Assembly: GCA_017554455.1 (NCBI GenBank)
Contig: JAFZIH010000001.1
Span: 9 to 24,008 of the forward strand
Direction: 5' to 3'
DNA from: Clostridia bacterium
Lineage (GTDB): Bacteria; Bacillota; Clostridia; Christensenellales; CAG-138
Length of the DNA: 24,000 nt
Part shown: positions 8,301 through 15,941 of the stretch, piece after piece
Layout of the letters: the number at the start of each line of letters is the position of its first letter
Position numbering within the stretch: position 1 is the first letter of the stretch
Position numbers and translations under genes: made by a program
Notes under the pieces: model-generated
Databases searched by the model: none
The model's input: the letters and a program-made list of their open reading frames with translations, nothing else
Told to the model about the DNA's origin: nothing

Positions 8301-8549
8301 GAGCTCGAAGCGAACACGGTCGACGGCAGCATCACGTTTGAAAAGGTTCTGTACGGCGACGCGAACTGCGACGGACAAGTGACGGCGGCGGACGCGGCGC
8401 TGATCCTCCGCGCAATTGTCGGGCTCTCCGAGCTTTCTCCGCGCGGCGTACTGAACGCGGACGCGGACGGCGATCTGGAGGTCACGGCGGAAGACGCGGC
8501 AGCGATCCTGCGCTACGTGGTCGGGCTCATCGAAGGTCTGCCCGCGTAA
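5349..8549 (+). CDS. Secreted multi-domain surface protein (1066 aa): signal peptide, GLUG-repeat beta-helix, two Listeria-Bacteroides (Flg_new) repeats, a Cys-containing segment, two cohesin-like modules and a type-I dockerin
   Basis: - The start at 5349 has RBS GGAGGGAGG.
- Signal peptide MIRNGRRTLAALLALIMVLVLLPTVSAKA|DG.
- More than eight GLUG-type repeats (GGVVGY...V..C.N.G.V.G).
- HEFTGWNTNADGDGDPY...LYAQW and YTFAGWKDADGVVYTD...YIAVY repeats.
- Duplicated modules of about 145 aa.
- C-terminal GDANCDGQVTAADAALILR...NADADGDLEVTAEDAAAILRYVVGL, which matches a dockerin. Confidence 0.9.
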   Translation: MIRNGRRTLAALLALIMVLVLLPTVSAKADGEIEISNYEQLKAFAARVNARETGLNAKLTADITCTDKTWTPIGTNNWYYRGTFNGQGYKIIGLSNADVDYSGLSDDFVYIGLFGRSGGTVENVVLEDCDLSFASDADGRVYMGAAVGWNGGTVEGCSSSGTLSAALTNISVTAGIGGVVGYNKNTVKTCTNSGAVSVSGNIPSIYVGGVVGYSGGAEQYCANTGAVTGAGRVTVGGVVGYCNSVKNCFNTGAVSGYDAAGGIVGFTTYGTVENCLNVGTVTGDSHTGGVIGQNNYGTVKTCLSVGAVSGSGRYIGGVVGMCPNNASVTSYVENCYYLNTAASAAIGAVGTATVTNVAALTAEQLKSLSNCVGFSTDTWYEGLSYPVLKDFSAEIHLYANSDEDLVLQHFICAYVPTAFANPFTYADHEFTGWNTNADGDGDPYDETHEFTLLPGEILTLYAQWRVAAFTITFQNEDGSELSKGLVNVNETPVYTGNTPTKAPTVEHLYTFAGWKDADGVVYTDALPAVTGEATYIAVYTESDRVYTGPVWAWDGYESATATFTATDDTTFTQVLTATGDAITNAVTTQPTCTEPGERTYTAKVSFLGKVYTNDKTEPIDATGHDWGEPTYEWTEIPGGYVCTATRVCNNNAEDIETETVGSTYAVITEPDLKQNGLGRYTSAAFENEAFAVQTKDVVIPMLALGLYGEDVNAFDVAEYTEDGTLYRYDVKFKSDAGALPIVSMQAFIGYDADALTLVEAKTELPGSVTTHDENGVFSFAWANDEGVDMESGAVVVSLYFKLDGTVGDGDVLLFPFTDGDFQNTAAYLEDGAVTEAAAFETEDGSIAFAVPELTIAGEDVLSGDVYVIEDGKVLYRYDVRAKDLPAAGLMINSAQIFLGFDHDILAVAKTEGVVDWTTSDDGSTFMASWASDTEAELKENDIVLTLWFTKIGPAPEDGVVPIIFTVNPLGFESAVSITFAGAVTELEANTVDGSITFEKVLYGDANCDGQVTAADAALILRAIVGLSELSPRGVLNADADGDLEVTAEDAAAILRYVVGLIEGLPA
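5679..6362 (+). other. GLUG-motif repeat region (predicted parallel beta-helix) within the surface protein
   Basis: This region has a periodic unit of about 20-25 aa: IGLFGRSGGTVENV, GAAVGWNGGTVEGC, GIGGVVGYNKNTVKTC, YVGGVVGYSGGAEQYC, VGGVVGYCNSVKNC, AGGIVGFTTYGTVENC, TGGVIGQNNYGTVKTC, IGGVVGMC. The recurring DNA string GGCGGCGTCGTCGG simply encodes GGVVG. Confidence 0.8.
7449..8339 (+). repeat. Tandem duplication of two cohesin-like modules (protein-level repeat, about 7449-7895 and 7905-8339)
   Basis: The two modules align by eye. For example, GEDVNAFDVAEYTEDGTLYRYDVKFKSDAGALPIVSMQAFIGYDADALTLVEAK matches GEDVLSGDVYVIEDGKVLYRYDVRAKDLPAAGLMINSAQIFLGFDHDILAVAKTE, and both end in DGSI(A/T)F. 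The pattern resembles the cohesin beta-sandwich (..+.YD...L.......F.+A......G.+..L.FK...). Confidence 0.6.
8355..8546 (+). other. Type-I dockerin module (two EF-hand-like Ca-binding repeats)
   Basis: DANCDGQVTAADAALILRAIVG and DADGDLEVTAEDAAAILRYVVG fit the duplicated D.N.DG.+...D motif followed by a helix that defines dockerins. Confidence 0.85.
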
Positions 8550-8572
8550 GAACCGCAACAAAACATGAAAAA

Positions 8573-8600
8573 AGCTCCCGGAAAATCCGGGAGCTTTTTT
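8573..8600. terminator. Bidirectional rho-independent terminator between the surface-protein gene and lpdA
   Basis: AGCTCCCGG-AAAAT-CCGGGAGCT forms a 9-bp stem, flanked by AAAAAA upstream and TTTTTT downstream. Confidence 0.85.
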
Positions 8601-8608
8601 GCTTTGGT

Positions 8609-9973
8609 TCAGCCGAGCTTTGCGGAAAGATCGCGGAGCGCGTCGGTCAGCGCTTCCTCGAAGGTCGGATGCGGACGCATTGCCATGAGAAGATCGTCCG
8701 GGGTGAGCCCGTTTGCGATCGCAAGACCGAGCTCGCCGATCATGTCACTTACATTTGTTCCCATCATCTGCACGCCGAGGATCTTTTTCGTTTCCGCGTG
8801 CGCGAGCACCTTCATAAAGCCGCGGTCGCCGTTCACGATGACGGTTCTGCCGTTAGAGAACATCGTTACCTTGCCGACCTTCACGGGGATCTCCGCGTCC
8901 TTTGCTTCCTGCTCGGTCAAGCCGACGGACGCGATCTCCGGGCGGGTGTAGACGCAGCTCGGTACGATCGAAAGATCGACGCCGCTGCTGTTTCCCGCGA
9001 TCTCGTTGACCGCATAAAGCCCCTGCGCCGTCGCAACGTGCGCAAGCTGGATCTTCGCGGAGACGTCGCCGATCGCGTACACGCCCTCCATCGAGGTCTC
9101 GAACTTCTCGTTGACCTTGATGCGGCGGCCTTCCATCTCGAGCGCGACCCCCTCGCCGAACAGCCCGTCGGTGTAGGGACGTCTTCCGATCGCGCAGAGC
9201 ACGACCTCGGCTTCCGCGCTTGCGGGCGTACCTTTCTGCTCAAAGTTCACGGAAAGACCGGTTTCGGTCTTCGTGACCGACTTGACCATCGCGCCGGTCG
9301 CGATTTTCACGCCGCGCTTTTTCATGATCATGGAAAGGTTCTGTCCAAGCTCCTTGTCAAGAAGCGGCAGCAGCCGGTCAAGCCCTTCGACCACGGTCAC
9401 GTCGACGCCGAGATCGTTGAAGAACGTCGCAAATTCCATGCCGATCACGCCGCCGCCGATGATGACGATGGATTTGAACGGCGCAACGCCCGAAAGAAGC
9501 TCGTCCGAGGTCAGAACGCCGGGAAGGTCGAGACCCGGGATCGGGGGACGCGCGGGCACGGAGCCCGTCGCGAGCAGGATGTTCTCCGCGGTACAGACCG
9601 CGTCGCCGACTTTTACGGTGTGCGGCGCGGTGAGCGTGCCTGTTCCTGCAATCACAGTGACTTTTGCGCTTTTCAACAGTCCTTCCACGCCGCCGCGCAG
9701 CTTTTCGACGACCTGCTGCTTATAGGCATAGATCGCATTGAGGTCGAACGCGGGCTCGCAGACGACGCCGAGCGCCGCGCCGTTTTTTGCTTCCTCATAG
9801 ACCGAGGAGGCGTGCAGCAGCGCCTTGGTCGGGATGCAGCCGCGATTCAGGCAGGTGCCGCCGACAAAGTCCTTTTCGATGAGCGCGGTTTTCAAACCGA
9901 GCTTTGCGGCATGCAGCGCCGCTTCGTATCCGCCGGGGCCGCCGCCCACGACGATCAGATCAAAATCGTACAT
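8609..9973 (-). CDS. lpdA: Dihydrolipoyl dehydrogenase (E3 / glycine cleavage L-protein)
   Basis: FAD-binding motif DLIVVGGGPGGYEAA, redox-active disulfide GGTCLNRGCIPTK, NAD-binding motif IIGGGVIGMEF and C-terminal HPTFEEAL. RBS AAAGGAGATTTGAT precedes the ATG. Confidence 0.95.
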   Translation of the reverse strand: MYDFDLIVVGGGPGGYEAALHAAKLGLKTALIEKDFVGGTCLNRGCIPTKALLHASSVYEEAKNGAALGVVCEPAFDLNAIYAYKQQVVEKLRGGVEGLLKSAKVTVIAGTGTLTAPHTVKVGDAVCTAENILLATGSVPARPPIPGLDLPGVLTSDELLSGVAPFKSIVIIGGGVIGMEFATFFNDLGVDVTVVEGLDRLLPLLDKELGQNLSMIMKKRGVKIATGAMVKSVTKTETGLSVNFEQKGTPASAEAEVVLCAIGRRPYTDGLFGEGVALEMEGRRIKVNEKFETSMEGVYAIGDVSAKIQLAHVATAQGLYAVNEIAGNSSGVDLSIVPSCVYTRPEIASVGLTEQEAKDAEIPVKVGKVTMFSNGRTVIVNGDRGFMKVLAHAETKKILGVQMMGTNVSDMIGELGLAIANGLTPDDLLMAMRPHPTFEEALTDALRDLSAKLG

Positions 9974-9998
9974 ATCAAATCTCCTTTGATGCAGCGTG

Positions 9999-10532
9999 TT
10001 ATGGATTCTGTTTCCGGATCATTTCGATCGCTTCGTCCATGGAAACGCAATCGGCGAACAGGTCCGGCCAGACCTCGTTCATATAATAGTTATAGGTCGT
10101 TTCGCCGGTCATGTAATCATTGTCGAACGTGGAATTGGTTCCCTCGGGAATGATCACGTGATAACCGCGCTCGAAGGCGGATTTCACGGTCGCGTCGATG
10201 CAGAAATTCGTCTGCAGCCCTATGATCATCAGGTCTTCGTCCTTTGCGGCCTCGAGATACGCGGTGAAATCTTTGTTTCCGAACGCGCTGTTGATGGTCT
10301 TGACAAACGCCTTCTCGCCCGCGGCAGGCGCGACTTCATCGGCGATCTCAAACGCCTCACGGCCGACGGTAAACCCGGTATCGGCGCCGGCGTCGTGCTG
10401 CACATAGATAACTTCGACGCGGTTCTCTCTGGCCTCCCGAATGAGCTTCGGAATGTTCTCAAGAAGACCGGTGAAATTGTACAGCTCATCGTCCATCAGC
10501 GCTTTCTGCATGTCAATTACGATCAGTTTCAT
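9999..10532 (-). CDS. Isochorismatase-family cysteine hydrolase (177 aa), substrate unknown
   Basis: The family's catalytic triad context is visible: LIVIDMQ (Asp), FVKTINSAF (Lys) and GLQTNFCIDATV (Cys). RBS AAAGGAGTTTCCA precedes the ATG. The gene sits between lplA and lpdA with 22-30 nt gaps. Confidence 0.85.
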   Translation of the reverse strand: MKLIVIDMQKALMDDELYNFTGLLENIPKLIREARENRVEVIYVQHDAGADTGFTVGREAFEIADEVAPAAGEKAFVKTINSAFGNKDFTAYLEAAKDEDLMIIGLQTNFCIDATVKSAFERGYHVIIPEGTNSTFDNDYMTGETTYNYYMNEVWPDLFADCVSMDEAIEMIRKQNP

Positions 10533-10562
10533 TGGAAACTCCTTTCATAGGTTCGAATTTGG

Positions 10563-11540
10563 TTAAAGCACGGAAGCGATCAGCCCGAGCAGATCCGCCT
10601 GCCGGTCCGGTTCGACGCCGGATCTGTTGAGTGCCTGTTCGATCGCGTCACTTTGGAGAGGACAGCCGATCAAAGCTGCTTTGAACTTGTCCGCCAGTCC
10701 TTCGTCCATGGCGTCGGTGTAGACTTTGGCATCGGTAATCACGCCGCGATCCGCGCGGATCTGCAGCTCAACGCCGCCCCACGGAAAGCGCGATTCACAG
10801 CGGAACGTGAACGGAAGCTTTTGCCCATAGAGCCACGCGTCGCTCGCGTAATGCGCCGTGAGTTCCGTGACGCGCAGTTCGTCGATGACGGGCGGCGCGG
10901 ATACCGGCAGCCCGTAAACGTCCGAAAACGCCTGCTTCATGGCGGCTTTCAGGGTGTCGACGGTGAGCGCGGGGTTGAGCTCCTTAAGGTTCACGACCCG
11001 AGAACGCACGCTTTCCACGCCCTTTGCCTGCATCTTTGCTTTCGAGGGACTAAGGTACCGGCTCATGGCGTCCGCGTCGACGTCTATGAGTAACGTGCCG
11101 TGGTGATACGCGCGTCCTTCGTGGTGGTAAAACGCGTTGCCGGAAAACTTTCGTCCCGAGGCAAGGAGGTCGTTTCTGCCCGAGATCTCCGTTTCGATCC
11201 CGCAAAGCGCGCACGCCCGTTGGATCACGGAAAGCTGGCGGGGAAGGTCATAGTCCTCCTCGCGCATCAGAAACGTAAAGTTCAGGTTGTTGCGATCGTG
11301 ATAGACCGCGCCGCCGCCGGACAGCCGCCGCGCAAGGCGCCCGCCCTCTTCCGAAAGCAGCGTCGTGCGGCACTCCGCCCAGGCGTTCTGGTTCTTGCCG
11401 ATCACGACCGTGCGCTCGTTCCGCCACAGATAAAGAAGGCAGCACCCGCTTTCAACGGTTTCCAGCAGGTGCTGCTCAATTGCCAGATTGCGATAGGGGT
11501 CAAGCCCCTCGCTTTCATAGACCCGAAGCCGGTCGATCAT
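10563..11540 (-). CDS. lplA: Lipoate-protein ligase A (325 aa)
   Basis: MIDRLRVYESEGLDPYRNLAIEQHLL...RRLSGGGAVYHDRNNLNFTF...GRKFSGNAFYH...HHGTLL shows the BPL_LplA_LipB core, followed by a C-terminal LplA accessory domain. The ATG at 11540 overlaps the gcvPB TGA (ATGA). The track ORF reaching 12242 is a spurious extension that overlaps gcvPB. Confidence 0.9.
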   Translation of the reverse strand: MIDRLRVYESEGLDPYRNLAIEQHLLETVESGCCLLYLWRNERTVVIGKNQNAWAECRTTLLSEEGGRLARRLSGGGAVYHDRNNLNFTFLMREEDYDLPRQLSVIQRACALCGIETEISGRNDLLASGRKFSGNAFYHHEGRAYHHGTLLIDVDADAMSRYLSPSKAKMQAKGVESVRSRVVNLKELNPALTVDTLKAAMKQAFSDVYGLPVSAPPVIDELRVTELTAHYASDAWLYGQKLPFTFRCESRFPWGGVELQIRADRGVITDAKVYTDAMDEGLADKFKAALIGCPLQSDAIEQALNRSGVEPDRQADLLGLIASVL

Positions 11541-12940
11541 GCAAAATCGTAGCGCACGATCGGGTTGCGGGCCGCCTTGACCTCGTCGGGCCGTCCGATC
11601 GGGGTATGATGCGGCGCGTTGTGCATGTATTCCGGATCGGTCTTGCCGAGCTCGTAGAGCTTGCGGAAAATCTCCGCCGCCCAGTCGAGCGTTTCGATAC
11701 TTTCCGTTTCGGTCGGCTCGAGCATCAGCGCTTCGTGCACGATCAGCGGGAAGTACATTGTCGGCGGATGCATGCCGTAGTCGATCAGCGACTTCGCCAC
11801 GTCGAGCGCGGAAACGCCGGTCTCCTTCTCGTAGCCGGAAAGGTCGAGCACGAATTCGTGCATGCAGATGCGGTCGAACGCGGGCGTGAACGTGCCCTTG
11901 ATCTTTTGCATCAGGTAGTTCGCGTTCAGAACCGCGTTGGTCGCCGCTTCCGGAATGCCTTCTCTTCCGAGCGTCATCACGTACGCGAGCGCGCGGACGC
12001 AGACGAGGAAGTTGCCCATAAAGCCACGGACCTGCAGCCGGCCCGGACGCTCCATCAGCGCCGAATGCGGCAGGAACGGCTTTAAGAACTCCTTGCAGCC
12101 GACTGCGCCTGCGCCGGGACCGCCGCCGCCGTGCGGGGTGGCGAACGTCTTGTGAAGATTCAGATGGATGCAGTCGAAGCCCATGTCGCCGGGACGCACG
12201 ACGCCCATGATCGCGTTCGTGTTTGCGCCGTCGTAGTAGCACAGACCGCCCGCCTCGTGCACGAGCTTCGTGATCTCGAGGATGTTCTCGTCAAAGATGC
12301 CGACCGTGTTCGGGTTCGTCAGCATCAGGCCCGCGGTGTCCTCGCCGAGGACCGCACGCAAAGCTTCGAGATCGACGCAGCCGTCCGGCGCGGAGGGGAT
12401 GTTCACAACCTGATAGCCGCACATTGCCGCCGTCGCGGGGTTTGTTCCGTGCGCGGAATCCGGCACGATGATCTTGGTGCGCTTTTTGTCATTGCGCGAA
12501 TCGTGATACTGTTTGATGAGCAGCACGCCGGTGAATTCGCCGTGCGCGCCCGCCGCGGGCTGGAAGGTCATGCCGTCCATGCCGGTGATCTCGCAAAGGT
12601 CCGCGCGGAGGATGTCGAGTACTTCAAGGGCGCCGCGGACGGAGGATTTCGGCGCGAGCGGATGGATGTTTGTAAAGCCCTCCATGGCCGCCGCATCCTC
12701 GTCGATGCGCGGGTTGTACTTCATGGTGCAGGAGCCGAGCGGATAAAAGCCGCAGTTCACGCCGTGCACCTGCTTATTGAGCTCGGTGTAGTGGCGGGAG
12801 ACGTCGGTCTCGCTCATCTCGGGAAGGCGCGGCGCGACCTCGCGCTTGAGCCCTTCAGGGAGCGCGACCGCTTCGACGTCGCACTTCGGCAGAATGTCGC
12901 ACTTGCGTCCTTTTACGCTTTTTTCAAAGATCAGCTTCAT
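11537..12940 (-). CDS. gcvPB: Glycine dehydrogenase (aminomethyl-transferring) subunit 2 (P-protein beta)
   Basis: The PLP-lysine motif CIHLNLHKTFATPHGGGGPGAG is present, the length is 467 aa, and the start overlaps the gcvPA stop by 4 nt. Confidence 0.95.
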   Translation of the reverse strand: MKLIFEKSVKGRKCDILPKCDVEAVALPEGLKREVAPRLPEMSETDVSRHYTELNKQVHGVNCGFYPLGSCTMKYNPRIDEDAAAMEGFTNIHPLAPKSSVRGALEVLDILRADLCEITGMDGMTFQPAAGAHGEFTGVLLIKQYHDSRNDKKRTKIIVPDSAHGTNPATAAMCGYQVVNIPSAPDGCVDLEALRAVLGEDTAGLMLTNPNTVGIFDENILEITKLVHEAGGLCYYDGANTNAIMGVVRPGDMGFDCIHLNLHKTFATPHGGGGPGAGAVGCKEFLKPFLPHSALMERPGRLQVRGFMGNFLVCVRALAYVMTLGREGIPEAATNAVLNANYLMQKIKGTFTPAFDRICMHEFVLDLSGYEKETGVSALDVAKSLIDYGMHPPTMYFPLIVHEALMLEPTETESIETLDWAAEIFRKLYELGKTDPEYMHNAPHHTPIGRPDEVKAARNPIVRYDFA

Positions 12941-14250
12941 GCGAGCACCTCCTTTACGACGGAAACAACATCATCGAGCGTCGCCTTCGATACCTTTTCG
13001 GTCACGCACCAGAGCATGCCGTCCTCGTAGGGAAGACCGGAGAGGGTGCCCTTCGCGGCAAGCGCCTGTTCGACTTCTTTGCACTTCGGCATGTCAAGCA
13101 GGAACTCGTGGAAGAACGGATGATCGTAGCGCAGCTTGACGCCGGGGATCGCCGTGAGCGCTTTTTCAAGATAATGCGCCTTTGCCATGCACTGGTTTGC
13201 GACCTCCGCCATGCCGTCGGGTCCCATCGTTGCCATATAGAGCCCTGCGGTCAAAGCGCACAGCGCCTCGTTCGAGCAGATATTGGAGCTTGCCTTTTCG
13301 CGGCGGATGTGCTGTTCGCGCGCCTGCAGCGAAAGGACGTACGCTTTATTGCCGTCATGGTCCGTCGTTTCGCCGACGATACGGCCGGGGAGCTTGCGGA
13401 TGTTCTTCATGGTCGTCGCCATGAAGCCGAGGTACGGACCGCCGAAGCCGATCGGCATACCCAGCGGCTGACCTTCGCCGACCGCGACGTCCGCGCCCGA
13501 TTCGCGCGGGGTCTTCATGATCGCAAGCGCAATGGGATTGCAGCCCATCACGAACATCGCGCCTGCCGCGTGGACGATCTCGCCCAAAGCGTCTGCGTCC
13601 TCAAAGACGCCGTAGAAGTTCGGCTGCTGTACGTAGAACGAAGCGACTCCGTCGTTCAGAAGCGCTTTCAGCGCTTCCGCGTCGGTCTTGCCGTCTTTCA
13701 TGGGAACGACGACCAGTTCGTCGTTCGTGCCGTAGCAGTAGGTGCGGACGGTGTTGATCACGTCCGGATGCGTCGTCGCCGAGATCAGCGTCACACGGCG
13801 CTTGCGGTCGCGGCACATGGCGGCGGCTTCCGCCGCTGCGGTCGCGCCGTCGTACACGGACGCGTTGGATGCGTCCATGCCCGTGAGCTCCGCGATCATC
13901 GTCTGATACTCGAAGATCGACTGTAAGACCCCCTGGCTGATCTCCGCCTGATAGGGTGTGTAGGCGGTGAGGAACTCTTCCTTTGCGGGGATATACTTTA
14001 CGATCGACGGAATGTAATGATCGTACGCACCTGCGCCGCGAAGCACGGTCTTAAAGACCGTGTTCTTCGCCGCGAGCGCCGCCATGGCGGCGCGAACTTC
14101 CATCTCGCTCTTGCCCTCGGGCAGATCGAGCGGACGGTTCAGGATCATGTTTTCCGGCACGTCGCGATAGAGCTCACGGTAGTCGTTGAGCCCGATCGCC
14201 TTCAGCATTTCCCGGCGCTGTTCCTCGGTGGAAGGAACGTAGCTTCCCAT
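12937..14250 (-). CDS. gcvPA: Glycine dehydrogenase (aminomethyl-transferring) subunit 1 (P-protein alpha)
   Basis: Typical of GcvPA: MGSYVPSTEEQRREMLKAIGL...YTPYQAEISQGVLQSIFEYQTMIAELTGMD...SNICSNEAL. The position between gcvH and gcvPB also fits. Confidence 0.95.
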   Translation of the reverse strand: MGSYVPSTEEQRREMLKAIGLNDYRELYRDVPENMILNRPLDLPEGKSEMEVRAAMAALAAKNTVFKTVLRGAGAYDHYIPSIVKYIPAKEEFLTAYTPYQAEISQGVLQSIFEYQTMIAELTGMDASNASVYDGATAAAEAAAMCRDRKRRVTLISATTHPDVINTVRTYCYGTNDELVVVPMKDGKTDAEALKALLNDGVASFYVQQPNFYGVFEDADALGEIVHAAGAMFVMGCNPIALAIMKTPRESGADVAVGEGQPLGMPIGFGGPYLGFMATTMKNIRKLPGRIVGETTDHDGNKAYVLSLQAREQHIRREKASSNICSNEALCALTAGLYMATMGPDGMAEVANQCMAKAHYLEKALTAIPGVKLRYDHPFFHEFLLDMPKCKEVEQALAAKGTLSGLPYEDGMLWCVTEKVSKATLDDVVSVVKEVLA

Positions 14251-14253
14251 CGA

Positions 14254-14628
14254 TTATGCCTCCGCGATGAATGCTTCGTAAGCCGCCGCGTCGAGCAGTT
14301 CTTCGGTCGCGGTGACGTCGGCGACCTTGATGATCCACGCGCCGTACGGATCGTTGTTCAAAAGTTCCGGCGCGTCGAGGAGCTCCTCATTGATCTCGGC
14401 AACGGTGCCGGAGACGGGGGAAAGGAGATCGGAAACGGCCTTGACGGATTCGACGTCGCCGAACGCTTCACCCGCGGTGACCGCGTCGCCGACTTCCGGC
14501 AGGTTCACGAACACGAGATCGCCGAGCGCGTCCTGCGCGAAATCGGAGATGCCGATCACGAGAAGATCGTCTTCCTTTTTGACCCACTCATGGTCCTTGC
14601 TGTACTGTAATTCGGGTTTGATCGTCAT
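14254..14628 (-). CDS. gcvH: Glycine cleavage system H protein (lipoyl carrier)
   Basis: The protein is 124 aa with Y.KDHEWV and the lipoyl-lysine motif GDVESVKAVSDLLSPVSG. RBS AGGAGGATATTACC precedes the ATG. Confidence 0.95.
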   Translation of the reverse strand: MTIKPELQYSKDHEWVKKEDDLLVIGISDFAQDALGDLVFVNLPEVGDAVTAGEAFGDVESVKAVSDLLSPVSGTVAEINEELLDAPELLNNDPYGAWIIKVADVTATEELLDAAAYEAFIAEA

Positions 14629-14646
14629 GGTAATATCCTCCTGAAA

Positions 14647-15888
14647 TTATTTTGCTTTATAAATGACCGGCACCACGTAGGGCGGGACATTGTTCGAGAT
14701 ATGCTTCGAGGGAATAACGGCCTTCAAACGCTTGCCGCGCACATCGACCTCGACTTCGCCGTTTACCGGAACGTCAGACTTGATGTAGCAGATACCGATC
14801 GCGCGCTTGCTTGTCTGCTCGGTGAGATGCACGTTTTCGCCTTCGCCCTCGGTGACGAAGTACGGGATCATCGTGCCGCTGGTGACCCAGCCGATCATCT
14901 CGCCGTTGCGGTATACTTCCATGCCGTGGCGAATGACGCCGCGATCCAGAAGCGCGATAGGACGGACGCGTTTAGAAAGCGTCGCCATCGCTTCGGGATT
15001 GTAATCCTTTGCTTTGAAGCACGCCTGCGCCGCCGCCTGTGCTTTCAGCGCTTCCTTACCTACGAAATCGCCCTTCGCCTCGTCGAACGAGACCGCGAAC
15101 TTCGCAAGCGCGAGCGCGAAGATCGGCATCGGCTTGCCTTCTTCGTCCACGCCCATCTCGTCGCCGTACAGCGGGAGCATGCCTTCCATGCGGAGCGTGT
15201 CGCGCGCGCCGAGGCCCGCGGGCTTGCCGCCGAGCTCGATGAGACGGTTCCATGCCCAGAGCGCGTCTTCATTCTTGATGAACAGCTCGTAGCCGATCGG
15301 TTCCGCCGTGTAGCCCGTTCTCGAAACGAGGATCTCGTGCCCTTCCATCATCAGCGTGGAAAGATTGTTGCGGGCGGGCTTGGTGACTTCGTCGACGCCC
15401 GCGAGCGTTTTCAGGATCTCTTCGCTCTTCGGACCCTGCACCGCGATGGAGACGGTCTCCGAGGTGATGTTACGGATCGTGCAGTCGTAGTTTTTCACGA
15501 TCGGTTCGAACCACGCGAGGTCCTTATCGGTGTTCGACGCATTGACGACGAGCAGATAACGGTCCTCCTCGAAGCGATAGAGATACGCGTCGTCGACCGC
15601 GCTGCCGTCCTCCGCCGGGATGATGCAGTACTGCGCCTGATTGATGCCGAGCAGGGACGCGTTGCTCGAAAGCACGTGCTGCAAAAATGCGAGGCGCTCC
15701 GGTCCTTCGATGATGAGACGGCCCATATGGGACACGTCGAAAAGACCGCAGCAGCTTCTGGTGTACAGATGCTCCCCTATGATGCCTTCGGGATACTGGA
15801 TCGGCATTTCCCACCCGCCGAAGTCGACCATCGTCGCGCCGGCCTTGATGTGGGCGTCGTACAGTAGGGTACGTTTGAGTTCGCTCAT
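14647..15888 (-). CDS. gcvT: Aminomethyltransferase (glycine cleavage T protein), long form of 413 aa
   Basis: The start at 15888 (MSELKRTLLYDAHIKAGATMVDFGGWEMPIQY) has RBS AAAGGAGGATTCTC. The track start at 16020 would run through the riboswitch. FDVSHMG and RDTLRMEG motifs are present. Confidence 0.9.
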   Translation of the reverse strand: MSELKRTLLYDAHIKAGATMVDFGGWEMPIQYPEGIIGEHLYTRSCCGLFDVSHMGRLIIEGPERLAFLQHVLSSNASLLGINQAQYCIIPAEDGSAVDDAYLYRFEEDRYLLVVNASNTDKDLAWFEPIVKNYDCTIRNITSETVSIAVQGPKSEEILKTLAGVDEVTKPARNNLSTLMMEGHEILVSRTGYTAEPIGYELFIKNEDALWAWNRLIELGGKPAGLGARDTLRMEGMLPLYGDEMGVDEEGKPMPIFALALAKFAVSFDEAKGDFVGKEALKAQAAAQACFKAKDYNPEAMATLSKRVRPIALLDRGVIRHGMEVYRNGEMIGWVTSGTMIPYFVTEGEGENVHLTEQTSKRAIGICYIKSDVPVNGEVEVDVRGKRLKAVIPSKHISNNVPPYVVPVIYKAK

Positions 15889-15941
15889 GAGAATCCTCCT
15901 TTTGAAATATGAACGTGTGCGGCGACCCGCCGCGGAAAATG

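Noticed and set aside
5826-8561. A 911-aa minus-strand ORF, the second-longest in the track
   Set aside because: It is antisense to the well-supported GLUG/cohesin/dockerin gene. The translation is Arg/Asp/Val-rich low-information sequence typical of antisense frames in high-GC DNA. It has no RBS and no recognisable motif.
8669-10153. A 494-aa plus-strand ORF across lpdA and the hydrolase gene
   Set aside because: It is antisense to two genes with clear catalytic motifs. It is an Arg/Asp/His-rich artefact of GC-rich antisense frames.
11541-12242. N-terminal 234-aa extension of the lplA ORF (track ORF 10563-12242)
   Set aside because: The extension overlaps gcvPB out of frame and is Arg-rich nonsense. 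The LplA homology begins exactly at MIDRLRVYE, whose ATG overlaps the gcvPB stop.
12131-15867. Several 270-390-aa plus-strand ORFs (12131-13030, 13108-13926, 14017-14610, 14701-15867)
   Set aside because: All are antisense to gcvPB, gcvPA, gcvH and gcvT, which have unambiguous signatures.
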